Assembly: GCA_934630975.1 (NCBI GenBank)
Contig: CAKTXH010000002.1
Span: 2,507 to 66,506 of the forward strand
Direction: 5' to 3'
Origin: an uncultured Clostridia bacterium
Lineage (GTDB): Bacteria; Bacillota; Clostridia; Christensenellales; Aristaeellaceae
DNA length: 64,000 nt
Shown here piece after piece: positions 8,804 to 18,848 of this stretch (positions are counted from its first letter, which is position 1; each line of letters opens with the position of its first letter). A program made the translations under genes and the position numbers. Below the pieces are notes generated by a model. It made no database searches. It worked only from the letters and a program-made list of their open reading frames with translations, and was not told where the DNA came from.

Positions 8804-9952
8804 TTATTTGAACCAGTTCATCAATACGCTGGCCGCCGCTTTCATGCCCGCGCAGAGCGAGGAAGGCTCAATCCATTCCTCCCGCGTGTGCGCGCCGCCG
8901 CCGCGGTACATGCCGAAGCACGCCGACGGAACGCCCAGCGAAAGCGGAATGTTGCAATCCGTCGAGCCGATGCTGATGGGCTTTTTCCCGCCGCCGACAT
9001 AGCGCTCCAGCGCGGCGCAGCATGCCGTTTCCAGCGCTTTTTGCGCCGCCAGATCGGAAGCCGCGCCGCACGGGCGTTCGCCAAGCAGCTTGAGCGTCAC
9101 CTCCGCATCGGGCAGCGCGTTTTCCCGGAGGATGACGTTCAGCTTTTCCTTCATGGCGGCCAGACTCTTCGCGTCGCTCGAGCGGTATTCATACAGCATT
9201 TCCGCATGCTGCGCGATGGCGTTGATCGACGTGCCGCCGGAAATCACCCCGACGTTGTACGTCGTCACGCTTCCCGGAGTGCGCAGCGGATGCTGGCGAT
9301 ACAGCGCGCAGGTCAGGCGGCTGAGCACTTCAATTGCGTTCCTCGCGCCGAAATCCGCAAAGCTGTGCCCGCCGCGCGTCTGCGCCGTGATTTGGTAGCG
9401 CGCAGAGCCGACCGCGCGGGCGCACACATGCGTCGATTGGTCGTCCAGCGAAAGAAACGCCTTGACGCGCGGCGCGAAATCGCGCATAATGGCTTTGCAG
9501 CCTTTGAGGTTGCCCAGCCCTTCCTCGCAGCTGTTGCAGACGAACAACACGCCGCAGTTCGGGCGAAAGCCGAGCCGATGCAGCCTGTCCATCATAATCA
9601 GCATCCCCGCGACGTTGGCCGTGTCGTCCCCCACGCCGGGGCAATACAGCCGCCCGCCTTCCTCGCGCATCGGCATCGGTTCAAGATCGGGAAACACCGT
9701 GTCGGTGTGCGCCATCACGACGACCATCTCTTCGCTTTGCTCCAATCCCCAGCCGCACCGCACGTTTTTTGCATCGTCGATTCCAGCCGGAAGACCGCGT
9801 TCTTCCAGCCAATTTCTGATAAAGGCCGCGCGCCTCTCTTCCTGATGGCTCGGCGCGGGAATCCGGCACAGCGCTTTGATCAATTCAAGGGTTTCGCCCT
9901 GCGCCGCCTCGATTTCGCGCTCCAGCCCGGCGCTGAGCAGATGCATTTCCAT
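8804..9952 (-). CDS. M20-family metallopeptidase / amidohydrolase
   Basis: Metal-ligand motifs MAHTDTV and GVGDDTANVA. Start trimmed to MEMHLL (ATG 9952) behind AAAGGGGGA. Confidence 0.8.
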   Translation of the reverse strand: MEMHLLSAGLEREIEAAQGETLELIKALCRIPAPSHQEERRAAFIRNWLEERGLPAGIDDAKNVRCGWGLEQSEEMVVVMAHTDTVFPDLEPMPMREEGGRLYCPGVGDDTANVAGMLIMMDRLHRLGFRPNCGVLFVCNSCEEGLGNLKGCKAIMRDFAPRVKAFLSLDDQSTHVCARAVGSARYQITAQTRGGHSFADFGARNAIEVLSRLTCALYRQHPLRTPGSVTTYNVGVISGGTSINAIAQHAEMLYEYRSSDAKSLAAMKEKLNVILRENALPDAEVTLKLLGERPCGAASDLAAQKALETACCAALERYVGGGKKPISIGSTDCNIPLSLGVPSACFGMYRGGGAHTREEWIEPSSLCAGMKAAASVLMNWFK

Positions 9953-10041
9953 GCGCGTTCCCCCTTTTGCTTTTTCTGTTATGAATTCGGACATGCGCCC
10001 CGTTTTTCCTGCCGAGGCGCGTCTTTTTCGGAGGCTCTTTC

Positions 10042-11265
10042 ATGGATGAACAACTCGAAGCCAACATGCGCTTTCTGTGCGACGAAAGCCGCATGCTCAC
10101 CGGCGTCACCGTCGCTTACGGCACGCCGATTCACAGCGAATGGGCGCAGTATGGCCGCGCGCAGGAATTGACGCTCGCGGAAAACGGTTTTCTGCCCGCC
10201 GTCCGCCCGCTCGATCCCGATACGATTTATGATCTCGCGTCGCTGACCAAGCTGTTTACCGCTGTCGTCACGCTGGCGCTCGTGGAAAGCGGTCGCCTGT
10301 CGCTGGATGAATTCGTCGGGCAGATCGACCCGCGCTTTACTCGCCTTCGAAATGTGACGGTGGGCGACGTGCTCGGCTTCCGCGTCAGCCTGCAAACGCC
10401 GGGCCGCGTGGATACCGCCCCGACGCGCGAAGAGGGGCTGAACCGCCTGTTCGCCATGACCGTCTGCCCCACGCCCGCCGTCCGCGTCTATTCGGATATG
10501 AACGCGATGGTGATCAAATACATCGTCGAGGCCAAGACCGGCCTGAGCCTGTTTGAAGCCATTCAAACGTGGATTCTCTCGCCTGCGGGCATGCCGGAGA
10601 CCTTCGCGGCCGTGCCGGAGGCGCTGCGCGAACGCTGCGTCTGCTATAACTACGAGCATCGCATCGAGGGCGAACGCCGGATTCTGCGCACCGATGTGCC
10701 CTGCGGTATGCCGCACGATCCGAAAGCCCTGCTTTTGAGCGACGGCGGACGCGATCTCTGCGGCCACGCGGGTCTGTTTTCCACCCGAAAGGATATGGTT
10801 CGCTTTGCGCAGGCGCTGCTTTCCGGCGAATTGCTCCGGCGCGAAACACTCTGCGAAATCGGCGTGAATCGAACGGGTTTTTCGCATGGCGACGGCACGT
10901 ATCGTCAATATCTGGGCTATCTCTGCTTTGCCAAGCATCCGCTGCAACGGCTCAGCGAAGTGCCGCACTGGATGGGCGGACGCGCCATTGGTCTGAGCGG
11001 TTTCACAGGCAACCACCTCTCCATCGACCCGGACACGGGGCGCTTCGTGCTGTTCCTCGGCAACCGCTGTCACGGGCGCGTATCGCACATCGTCCCGCCG
11101 GAAGGGATGGATTTATCCGCCTACGGGCTTGACGCGCGCGGCGTCGGGCTGATCAAATGGGACGACGGGCGACTCGTCCCTTCTTCCGCAAAATACGTCT
11201 ATTTCAAAGACGACATGCTGCATACGCCGATTGAAAGCCGCATGCGCGCGCTGGGGTGGCTGTAA
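10042..11265 (+). CDS. Serine hydrolase of the beta-lactamase/PBP4* family
   Basis: SxxK motif in YDLASLTKLFTAV. About 400 aa, consistent with a class-C-like fold. Confidence 0.8.
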   Translation: MDEQLEANMRFLCDESRMLTGVTVAYGTPIHSEWAQYGRAQELTLAENGFLPAVRPLDPDTIYDLASLTKLFTAVVTLALVESGRLSLDEFVGQIDPRFTRLRNVTVGDVLGFRVSLQTPGRVDTAPTREEGLNRLFAMTVCPTPAVRVYSDMNAMVIKYIVEAKTGLSLFEAIQTWILSPAGMPETFAAVPEALRERCVCYNYEHRIEGERRILRTDVPCGMPHDPKALLLSDGGRDLCGHAGLFSTRKDMVRFAQALLSGELLRRETLCEIGVNRTGFSHGDGTYRQYLGYLCFAKHPLQRLSEVPHWMGGRAIGLSGFTGNHLSIDPDTGRFVLFLGNRCHGRVSHIVPPEGMDLSAYGLDARGVGLIKWDDGRLVPSSAKYVYFKDDMLHTPIESRMRALGWL

Positions 11266-11275
11266 AATAAAGAAC

Positions 11276-11316
11276 GCCGCTTTTCTCCGTTTTTTTCGGA
11301 GAAAAGCGGCATTTTT
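11276..11316. terminator. Bidirectional intrinsic terminator
   Basis: GCCGCTTTTCTCCG (11276-11289), T7 loop, CGGAGAAAAGCGGC (11297-11310), then ATTTTTA. Confidence 0.75.
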
Positions 11317-11335
11317 ATATTCTGCTTGCCTTTAT

Positions 11336-12601
11336 TCAATCTTTGAAATTCAGCCCGGCAAAGTCGAGCGTCGCGAAATAATCGGCGGGCGTTTCGGCGC
11401 GGCGGATCATCTGCACGCTGCCATCCTCATGCAGGAGAAGCTCCGCACTGCGCAGCTTGCCGTTGTAATTATAGCCCATCGAGAAGCCGTGCGCGCCCGT
11501 ATCGTGGATATAGAGCAAATCGCCCATGTCAATCTTCGGCAAACGGCGGTCGATGGCAAATTTATCGTTGTTTTCGCACAGGCTGCCCACCACGTCGTAC
11601 ACATGGTCGCAGGGCGCATCCTCCTTGCCCAGCACGGTGATATGGTGATACGCGCCATACATGGCCGGGCGCATCAGGTTGCAGGCGCACGCGTCCACGC
11701 CGATGTATTCCTTATACGTATGCTTTTCATGGCAGGCCGTCGTCACCAGCGCGCCGTTCGGCCCGAGCATGAAGCGGCCAAGCTCGGTAAAAATCGCCAC
11801 GTCTCCCATGCCGGCGGGCACAAGCACCTCTTCATACGCCTTGCGCACCCCTTCGCCAATGGCCGCGATATCGTTAGCGGGATCTTCCGGGCGATACGGG
11901 ATGCCCACGCCGCCGGAGAGGTTGATGAACGCGATATCCGCGCCGGTTTCGCGGTGCAGCTCCACCGCCGTGGTGAAAAGAATCTTCGCCAGCGTCGGAT
12001 AGTAGGCGTTGGTCAGCGTGTTGGAAGCGAGGAACGCATGCAGGCCAAAGCGCTTTGCGCCTTTCTGCATCAAAACCCGATACGCCTGCGTGAGCTGCTC
12101 GCGCGTCATGCCGTATTTCGCATCTTTCGGCTGATCCATGATGTGATTGCCGATGGAGAATTCTCCGCCCGGGTTATAGCGGCAGCAGACCGTTTTCGGG
12201 ACGCCGCAGGCCTGTTCCAGCGTGTCAATCAGCGTGAAATCATCCAGATTGATGATCGCGCCTTGACGATAGGCGCGCGCAAACTCGCGGCTCTGCGTCT
12301 CGTTGGAGGAGAACATGATCTCGTGCCCCGCGAAGCCGGACGCGCCGCTGAGCATCAGCTCCGTTTCCGAAGAGCAATCCACCCCGCATCCTTCTTCATG
12401 CAGAATTTTGAGGATGAACGGATTCGGCGTGGCCTTCACCGCGAAATACTCCTTAAAACCGGGATTCCACGCGAACGCCGCTTTCAGCGCGCGCGCGGTG
12501 CGGCGGATGCCCGCCTCGTCATAAATATGGAAAGGCGTCGGATAGGTCTTGACGATCTCCCGCGCCTGATCAAGCGTCAAAAACGGCTTTTTGCTGTTCA
12601 T
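11336..12601 (-). CDS. lysA: PLP-dependent decarboxylase of the Orn/DAP/Arg family, diaminopimelate decarboxylase type
   Basis: YFAVKATPNP PLP-lysine motif and GCGVDCSSETEL. 421 aa. Confidence 0.7.
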   Translation of the reverse strand: MNSKKPFLTLDQAREIVKTYPTPFHIYDEAGIRRTARALKAAFAWNPGFKEYFAVKATPNPFILKILHEEGCGVDCSSETELMLSGASGFAGHEIMFSSNETQSREFARAYRQGAIINLDDFTLIDTLEQACGVPKTVCCRYNPGGEFSIGNHIMDQPKDAKYGMTREQLTQAYRVLMQKGAKRFGLHAFLASNTLTNAYYPTLAKILFTTAVELHRETGADIAFINLSGGVGIPYRPEDPANDIAAIGEGVRKAYEEVLVPAGMGDVAIFTELGRFMLGPNGALVTTACHEKHTYKEYIGVDACACNLMRPAMYGAYHHITVLGKEDAPCDHVYDVVGSLCENNDKFAIDRRLPKIDMGDLLYIHDTGAHGFSMGYNYNGKLRSAELLLHEDGSVQMIRRAETPADYFATLDFAGLNFKD

Positions 12602-12647
12602 ACGATTCTCTTTCCCCGCGCATGGCGGCCTTTGGTCGGATGCGTTT

Positions 12648-12677
12648 ACTATACATGCATCCCCCGCCGGTTGTCAA
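12648..12677 (-). promoter_or_regulatory. Sigma-A-type promoter for the lysA-type gene
   Basis: Minus strand reads TTGACA (12672-12677), 18-nt spacer, TGTATAGT extended -10 (12648-12655). Confidence 0.45.
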
Positions 12678-12720
12678 GAGTCATTCGTAAAAAATGATGG
12701 ATCTGCATGGGTGAATATGT

Positions 12721-12752
12721 CAAAAAGAGGATATGCATCCGCGCATATCCTC
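12721..12752 (-). terminator. Intrinsic terminator after tadA
   Basis: GAGGATATGC (12727-12736) pairs with GCATATCCTC (12743-12752). U-tract on the minus strand (12722-12726). Confidence 0.65.
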
Positions 12753-12764
12753 ATTCTTGCAGGT

Positions 12765-13214
12765 TCAACTCCGTTTTGAATCAAAAAACACATCCAGCGC
12801 CCGCCGACACGCCTCTTCCATCAGGCCGCCCGAGCAGGGCGTAACGCGGCCAAACGCCGCATCCTCCGGCAGGTTGTAAAGGCTGCCCGCGCAGCCGCAG
12901 CGCGGATCGTAAGCCCCGAAAAGAACCTCGTCCACATCGGCCATCACAATCGCGCCCGCGCACATTGGGCACGGCTCCAGCGTCACCACCAGCGTACAGC
13001 CCGTGAGCCTTCTCCGCCCCAGCGCTGCCGCCGCGCGGCGAAGCGCAAGCACTTCGGCGTGCGCCGTCGGGTCGCCGCTCGTCTCCCGCTCGTTTCTCGC
13101 CCGCGCGATGACGTTTCCTTCATAGAGGATCACCGCGCCGACCGGCACTTCGCCCGCAAGCTGCGCCTCTTTCGCCAGCAGCAGCGCCTCGCGCATCGCA
13201 TCCTGGCGGGTCAT
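12765..13214 (-). CDS. tadA: tRNA adenosine(34) deaminase
   Basis: HAE...PCPMCAGA zinc-deaminase motifs. 149 aa. Confidence 0.9.
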   Translation of the reverse strand: MTRQDAMREALLLAKEAQLAGEVPVGAVILYEGNVIARARNERETSGDPTAHAEVLALRRAAAALGRRRLTGCTLVVTLEPCPMCAGAIVMADVDEVLFGAYDPRCGCAGSLYNLPEDAAFGRVTPCSGGLMEEACRRALDVFFDSKRS

Positions 13215-14083
13215 CCGCGATCCCTTCCTCTAAAGAAGAGCGCAACCGTACCGGGGCCGGAGTGGCTGCCGATGACCGGCCCGACCGCACTGAGGATGAT
13301 TCGCTGCGGATCACAGCCGAATTCCTTCACCAGCGTCTCCTTGACCACCATCGCGTCCTTTTCGCAGTCGCCGTGGCTGATGAAAACCATCTGGTCTTTA
13401 TCCGCGCCCAGCTCGCCGAATTTCATCGCAATCGCGCGAAGCGCCTGCATGCGGCCACGAACCTTGCTTCTGGCAATCAGCCGCCCTTCGCTGTCCACGT
13501 GCAGCACGGGCTTGATTTTGAGCATTGTGCCAAAAAAAGCCGCCGACGGCGAACAGCGGCCGCCGCGCTTGAGGAAATGCAGATCATCCACCGTGAACCA
13601 ATGCGCATAGCTCTGCAAATGCGCTCTGGTGTAGGCGGCGTTTTCTTCGATGGGCATGCCCGCGTCGCGGCGCGCAACCGCATCGTAGACCGCCATGCCT
13701 TCGCCCGCGCTGGCTGCCAGCGTATCCACCAGCTCGATCACCGCGTCGGGGTATTCCTCATGCACCATATCCCGCGCCATGCACGCGGAAGCATACGTGC
13801 CGGAGAGCGCGGAGGAAAACAGCAGACCGAGCACCGCTTCCCCTTTTTCGGCATGCGCCTTAAACGCCTCGGCGAAATCGCCCGGCGAAACCTGCGACGT
13901 GGTGCACGTCTCTCCCGCGCGCAGACGATTGTAAAACGCGGAACAGCGCTGCGCGTCATCGAACGGCTGAACGCTTGTCACGCCGGATATGGTATATGAA
14001 AGAGGAAGCACCTCGAAACGATCAAATTTTGCGGCCACCTCTGCGTTTAAATCAGAGCACGAATCCGTAAGAATGGTGTACAT
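13211..14083 (-). CDS. DegV-family fatty-acid-binding protein
   Basis: MYTILTDSCSDL start (trimmed to ATG 14083, RBS GAAAGGA). DegV-like length and motifs. ATGA overlap with the tadA start. Confidence 0.85.
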   Translation of the reverse strand: MYTILTDSCSDLNAEVAAKFDRFEVLPLSYTISGVTSVQPFDDAQRCSAFYNRLRAGETCTTSQVSPGDFAEAFKAHAEKGEAVLGLLFSSALSGTYASACMARDMVHEEYPDAVIELVDTLAASAGEGMAVYDAVARRDAGMPIEENAAYTRAHLQSYAHWFTVDDLHFLKRGGRCSPSAAFFGTMLKIKPVLHVDSEGRLIARSKVRGRMQALRAIAMKFGELGADKDQMVFISHGDCEKDAMVVKETLVKEFGCDPQRIILSAVGPVIGSHSGPGTVALFFRGRDRG

Positions 14084-14171
14084 ACTGATCCTTTCCCGGT
14101 TTGCATTGACCGATGTTTTTTCTTTGTTTTCTTTGTTCTTTTCGATTCGTTCGGCCGGTTTTCCTGCTTTT

Positions 14172-14942
14172 CTATGAAAGACGTTCATTTTTTATCAGAA
14201 TCTGTATACACAGCCCCTGTCCCTGCGCATGCATGCTGACGCAGGCAGGAATTCCCTGCGCATTGAGCGCATCGCCCAGCCGCTGCGCCTCCTCCGCCGC
14301 GCGCCGGACGGCGCGCCGTTTGCCGCCCTCCTGCCTGTCTTCCGGCCTGCCAAGCAGCCGCCGCGCCTGCCCGGTCGTCAAGCCGCGCTGAGCGATGATC
14401 TCCGCTGCTTCCACCCTTCTGGCCTTGGGCTGTATGGTTTTCAAAAACTCTGCCTGTTCCAGCGAAAGGCCGCCGCGTTCAATCGCCGCGCGCGTCTCCT
14501 CATCCAATTCGAGCATCGCCAGCCGCCGCCGGATTTCGCCTTCCGGGATGCAGCATTTTTCCGCAGCGCCCGCCCGGCTCAAAAGCCGCGCTTCCTCCAG
14601 AAAAGAAACGTTTCGGCGGGTAAAGTGCTCTTCCAGAAAGCAGGCGGCAGCCTCCGGCTTATCTCCCGGGATGTTCACCGCGTCGATTTCGTCAAGCCCC
14701 AGCATCCGGCAGGCCGCCAGCCGCCGCGCGCCGCACACCAGCATATAGCGGCCATTTTCGCGATTTTCCTGCACCACGACGGGCTGAAGCATGCCGTGAC
14801 GGGCGATGGACTGCGCCAGCACCGGCAGCGTTTCATCCTCCCGAAGGCGCGGCTGAACCATGCCGCCGTATATATCGGCCGTATGCAGACGCATAAACTG
14901 CGCGCCTTTTTCCTTCGGATTCACAGCCTGTCTGCGCTTCAA
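14172..14942 (-). CDS. Orphan ParB N-terminal-domain (ParB/Srx) protein
   Basis: GMLQPVVV and GARRLAACRMLG resemble ParB boxes. No parA or parS context. Start is uncertain (TTG 14942 or ATG 14894). Confidence 0.65.
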   Translation of the reverse strand: MKRRQAVNPKEKGAQFMRLHTADIYGGMVQPRLREDETLPVLAQSIARHGMLQPVVVQENRENGRYMLVCGARRLAACRMLGLDEIDAVNIPGDKPEAAACFLEEHFTRRNVSFLEEARLLSRAGAAEKCCIPEGEIRRRLAMLELDEETRAAIERGGLSLEQAEFLKTIQPKARRVEAAEIIAQRGLTTGQARRLLGRPEDRQEGGKRRAVRRAAEEAQRLGDALNAQGIPACVSMHAQGQGLCIQILIKNERLS

Positions 14943-14969
14943 AAGCCCTTCCCCCTCGCTTGTCCTCTG

Positions 14970-17336
14970 TCAGGGAGTATATGCGGCGGGAAGCGCGTTT
15001 GATGATGGCGCATCCAGATAAGTTTGCGCCGTAATTCCGCGCTCGGAGAGCCAAAGGGTGATGCACCCGCTTTCGTCCGTTCTGTACACCGTCGCGCCGA
15101 CCGAATCCAGCGCCTCGAGCACGCGCTCGGTCGGGTGACCGTACCGATTGTTTGCGCCGACGCTGATGAGGGCGATTTCCGGCGTGGTTTTTTGCAAAAA
15201 TTCGTCGCTGGTTGCGTATTTGCTGCCATGATGCGCGACCTTGAGGATATCGCAGTCCGGCGGCGCCTCCATCTCGCTTGTAATCGGCAAATCGCCTGTC
15301 ATCAAAATTTTCGCGCCCATAGACTGCGTGTACAGCACCAACGAACGCTCGTTGTCGCCCTCTAATTCCTTTCGCGGCGACAGCACGTCAAATGTAAAAT
15401 CGCCCGAATCAATCTTCGCTCCGGCGGACGCGGTTTCAATCGAAATCCTCTTCTCGTTGGCCAAACGAAGCGCCTCCTGCACCGTCAAAGACGCATCGCG
15501 CGCCTGCACGCCCGACGGAATGATGATCCGCCCAACCTCAATTTCTGAAGTCAGCAGCGTACCCAGCGCCCCGGCGTGATCCTCATCCAGATGGGACAAA
15601 ATCAGTGTATCGACGTACAGCCCTTCGTGCCGCAGGTAACGCAGCACGTCATAGCTGCTCGCCGGGCCGACGTCTACCAGCGTCGCCTGCCGCCCATGCC
15701 GAAGAACCGCCGCGTCGCCCTGCCCCACGTCGAGCTGAACATAGCGCGCGTCGAGCGTCAGCCGGGGCAGATAGCTGACCAGAAGCACGCCGAGCGCCGC
15801 CGCCAACGCCCTTTTCCTGCCCCGGCCAAAGCGGATGCGGCTGCTGCACAGCATCATCGCAGCAATCGCCACAGCCAGCGTCCATCCATACGGCGCAGGC
15901 AGGCGGCAGATTTTGATATTCAGCCCCGCGACGGCCAGAATCAGGTTTTGTGCCGCGCCCGCAGCCGTTCCAACCGCCGTACCGAATAACCGACCGACGG
16001 TCGGCAGGCAAGCTCCGAGCGCCATGCAGCCCATTCCGCCCAGCATCAAAAGCGCCATCAGGCCGCCTGCAAAGCCGTTCACCAGCAAAGCGAGCAGCGG
16101 CACATAGCCGTAAAAGAGAAGCTGAATCGGCAAAGCGGCCAACTGCGCGCTGAAACTGATCGCCAGTCCTTCTGCCGCATGCGGATGGCGGCGCATCCAC
16201 GGAACGCGTCGATTCAGCCATGACGAGCACGCGCCGCCGAGCAGTAAAATACCCAGCAGCACGAAGAACGAAAACTGAAACGCCGCATCCAGCGGCCATG
16301 TTGGGCGAATCAGCGCCATGATCCACGCTGCGGTGGCCAACGCGGTCAGCGGCTCGTACCGTCTGCCTCGGCATTTTGCCAGCCCGCGAAGCGTCGCCAT
16401 GATCAACGCACGGACTGTTCCAGCCGCCGCGCCCGTCAGGCCCGTATAGAAACACAGACTGACGGTCTGTAAGGCAAAGCGCGTCCACCGGCCAAACGGC
16501 AGGCGGCCGAGCAGTTTTTCAAGCATCAGCGCGATCAGGGATAAGTGCATGCCGGAAACCGTCAGCAGGTGCACAATACCGGTCAGGCGCATCGCCGTCA
16601 CCAGATCGTCGTCGAGGTTTTCCCGACTGCCCAGCAGCACCGCCTGAAACAGCGGAGCCTGCCCGCCAAACACCGTCTCTGCAAGCAGCATCAGCTTCTT
16701 TTGCGCGCATCGAAACCATTCGCGAAGGGAAAACCTGCCGCCGCCCTCAGCCGTCCAGCCGGGCAGCAGATAGCCGGAAAGTTCGTAATTCTGCGCCAAC
16801 GCGCGAATCCGTCCGTTGCTCCCGCCCGGATTGCGCGGTTCATTCGGCGCAAACAGTCTGCCCGTTCCCTGTACGCGCTGACCGACCTCAACCGGCGCGG
16901 TCTCGCCGTCCTCCGTCATCAGCGTAACCAGTACGCGATGCGAATACGTTTCGCCGTCGCAGACCACGTTTTTCAGCCAAACGCGGTTTTCCCTTTGAAT
17001 CGCGTCGATTTCGCCGACAATCGCCGCCTTTGATCTGCTCGGCGCATCGCGAACGGCCAGCACCGAAGCCGTTACGCCGTTGCCCAGCAGGAAAAGCACC
17101 AGCGCCGCACAAAAAAGCGCGCTTTTCCACCGTCTCAGCCGGAAAAGGCCAAGAACCGCCGAAAAAGCGCACAGAAACCCAATCCAAACCGCGGGAAACG
17201 CCGCAATCTGCGCCAGATAAACGCCCGCCAGATAGGCGCAGGCGAGCACAGCCAGACGACGGCGAACCGGAAGCAGAATCACGTGCCTGCGTTCGTCCAT
17301 CAGCCATGCCCCGCTTTGCTTTGGTATGACGGGCAC
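14970..17336 (-). CDS. comEC: DNA internalisation competence protein ComEC/Rec2 with a C-terminal metallo-beta-lactamase domain
   Basis: Polytopic competence domain plus the MBL motif SHLDEDHAGAL. Start is uncertain (GTG 17336 or ATG 17300). Confidence 0.85.
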   Translation of the reverse strand: MPVIPKQSGAWLMDERRHVILLPVRRRLAVLACAYLAGVYLAQIAAFPAVWIGFLCAFSAVLGLFRLRRWKSALFCAALVLFLLGNGVTASVLAVRDAPSRSKAAIVGEIDAIQRENRVWLKNVVCDGETYSHRVLVTLMTEDGETAPVEVGQRVQGTGRLFAPNEPRNPGGSNGRIRALAQNYELSGYLLPGWTAEGGGRFSLREWFRCAQKKLMLLAETVFGGQAPLFQAVLLGSRENLDDDLVTAMRLTGIVHLLTVSGMHLSLIALMLEKLLGRLPFGRWTRFALQTVSLCFYTGLTGAAAGTVRALIMATLRGLAKCRGRRYEPLTALATAAWIMALIRPTWPLDAAFQFSFFVLLGILLLGGACSSWLNRRVPWMRRHPHAAEGLAISFSAQLAALPIQLLFYGYVPLLALLVNGFAGGLMALLMLGGMGCMALGACLPTVGRLFGTAVGTAAGAAQNLILAVAGLNIKICRLPAPYGWTLAVAIAAMMLCSSRIRFGRGRKRALAAALGVLLVSYLPRLTLDARYVQLDVGQGDAAVLRHGRQATLVDVGPASSYDVLRYLRHEGLYVDTLILSHLDEDHAGALGTLLTSEIEVGRIIIPSGVQARDASLTVQEALRLANEKRISIETASAGAKIDSGDFTFDVLSPRKELEGDNERSLVLYTQSMGAKILMTGDLPITSEMEAPPDCDILKVAHHGSKYATSDEFLQKTTPEIALISVGANNRYGHPTERVLEALDSVGATVYRTDESGCITLWLSERGITAQTYLDAPSSNALPAAYTP

Positions 17337-17425
17337 AAAATGCCCGTGTTTTTATTGTAACCCAGCCTCCGCGTCTTTTGACATATCGCGTTTAGAGGCA
17401 TCCATCCCATTTGGATTCAATTCGT

Positions 17426-18802
17426 TTAATTATCCGCGTTCTGCAAGGCGATGCAGCGCTTGAGCCATCTGCCGCGCAGGTAATACACTACGAACATGCC
17501 CGAGGTCACAATCCACGTGATCGGATAGCTGAGCAGCAGCACCTTAAGCTCGTGATGCGCCGAAACAACCACCGTCACCCAGAACACGCGCAGCAGGCAG
17601 ACGCCCGTGAGCGTCATGATCGTCGGAATCAGCGAATCGCCCGCGCCGCGCATCGCGCCGGAGAGGATTTCAATGAAGATATAGGTGATATAGGTCGGCA
17701 CAATCAGGCGCACGATGGACAGGCCAATTTCGATGACCTGCGCGTCGTCGCTGAACAGGCCGAGCAGCGGTTCAGCAACAATCATCAGCACTGCGCTGAG
17801 CGCAATCGTCGCCGCCGCGGAAATGCCAAGGCAAACGTTGATGCTCTTTTTCATGCGGTCATAGAGCCGCGCGCCGAAATTCTGGCCGACAAAGGTGGTA
17901 ATCGCAACGCCGAACGCGTTGATGACCATCCAGTACATGCCGTCCACCTTGCCGTAAGCGGTGTACGCCGCCATAACGTCCGTGCCAAAGCCGTTGACGC
18001 TCGCCTGAATGATGATGTTGGAGAGCGAATACATCACGGACTGCAAACCGGCGGGCAGGCCGATACGGACAATCCGCGCCAGCATATCGCCGTAGAAACG
18101 GATTTTTTTGAGCTGCACACGATAGACCTGCGGCGAACGGCACAGCGTCACCATGACCAGCACGGCGCTGACCACCTGGCTGAGCACCGTCGCCGCCGCC
18201 GCGCCCGCAACGCCCAGATTAAGGCCGATGACCAGCACGACGTCCAGCACGATATTCGTCATGGTTGCGCTGATCAGGAAGAACAGTGGCCGTCTGGAAT
18301 CGCCGACCGCGCGCAGGATGCCCGAGCCGATGTTGTAAATCAGCGAGGGAATCATGCCCAGAAAATAGATGTTGATGTAGGTCACCGCATGGGTCAGCAC
18401 GTCCTCCGGCGTGCCCATCATCACGAGCACGGTTTTGCTGAAACAGATTCCCAGCACCGTCAGCGCCGCGCCGCTGGCCAACGCAAGCGCCATCGTCGTG
18501 TGCACCGCGCGGGAAACGTCGTCCGGCCTGCGCGCGCCGAAGAACTGCGAAATGATGACCGACGCGCCGGAGGACAGGCCGACAAAGAAGCCGACCAGCA
18601 GGTTAATCAACGTGCCCGTCGTGCCGCCGACCGCTGCCAGCGCCTCTTTGCCGACAAATTTGCCGACGATAATGGCGTCCGCCGTATTATAGAGCTGCTG
18701 AAAAAACGTGCCCAGCACAATCGGGAAGAAGAACAGCAGAAGCTGTTTCCAGATCACGCCCTCGGTGATGGCGTTTTGCAAAGCTTTCTTTTCTTTGGCC
18801 AT
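17426..18802 (-). CDS. MATE-family efflux transporter
   Basis: PIVLGTFFQQLYNTADAIIVGKFVGKEALAAVG is a classic MATE N-terminus. 12-TM profile. Confidence 0.9.
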   Translation of the reverse strand: MAKEKKALQNAITEGVIWKQLLLFFFPIVLGTFFQQLYNTADAIIVGKFVGKEALAAVGGTTGTLINLLVGFFVGLSSGASVIISQFFGARRPDDVSRAVHTTMALALASGAALTVLGICFSKTVLVMMGTPEDVLTHAVTYINIYFLGMIPSLIYNIGSGILRAVGDSRRPLFFLISATMTNIVLDVVLVIGLNLGVAGAAAATVLSQVVSAVLVMVTLCRSPQVYRVQLKKIRFYGDMLARIVRIGLPAGLQSVMYSLSNIIIQASVNGFGTDVMAAYTAYGKVDGMYWMVINAFGVAITTFVGQNFGARLYDRMKKSINVCLGISAAATIALSAVLMIVAEPLLGLFSDDAQVIEIGLSIVRLIVPTYITYIFIEILSGAMRGAGDSLIPTIMTLTGVCLLRVFWVTVVVSAHHELKVLLLSYPITWIVTSGMFVVYYLRGRWLKRCIALQNADN

Positions 18803-18848
18803 ACGCTTTCCTCAATCCGAAATGTATTTGTTCAGACCGTCGGTCGGT

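Noticed and set aside
17329-17353. Hairpin ACGGGCA-CAAAA-TGCCCGT followed by a T-run at the comEC start
   Set aside because: It is oriented as a plus-strand terminator, but no plus-strand gene precedes it. On the minus strand it lacks a U-tract. It overlaps the uncertain comEC start region, so no function is assigned.
17426-18802. MATE transporter as the missing Wzx flippase of the GT2 operon
   Set aside because: MATE and Wzx both belong to the MOP superfamily, and the gene lies 46 nt downstream. However, its N-terminus (PIVLGTFFQQLYNTADAIIVGKFVG) is a canonical drug/sodium-antiporter MATE signature, not a PST/Wzx one. There is no evidence for a flippase role.
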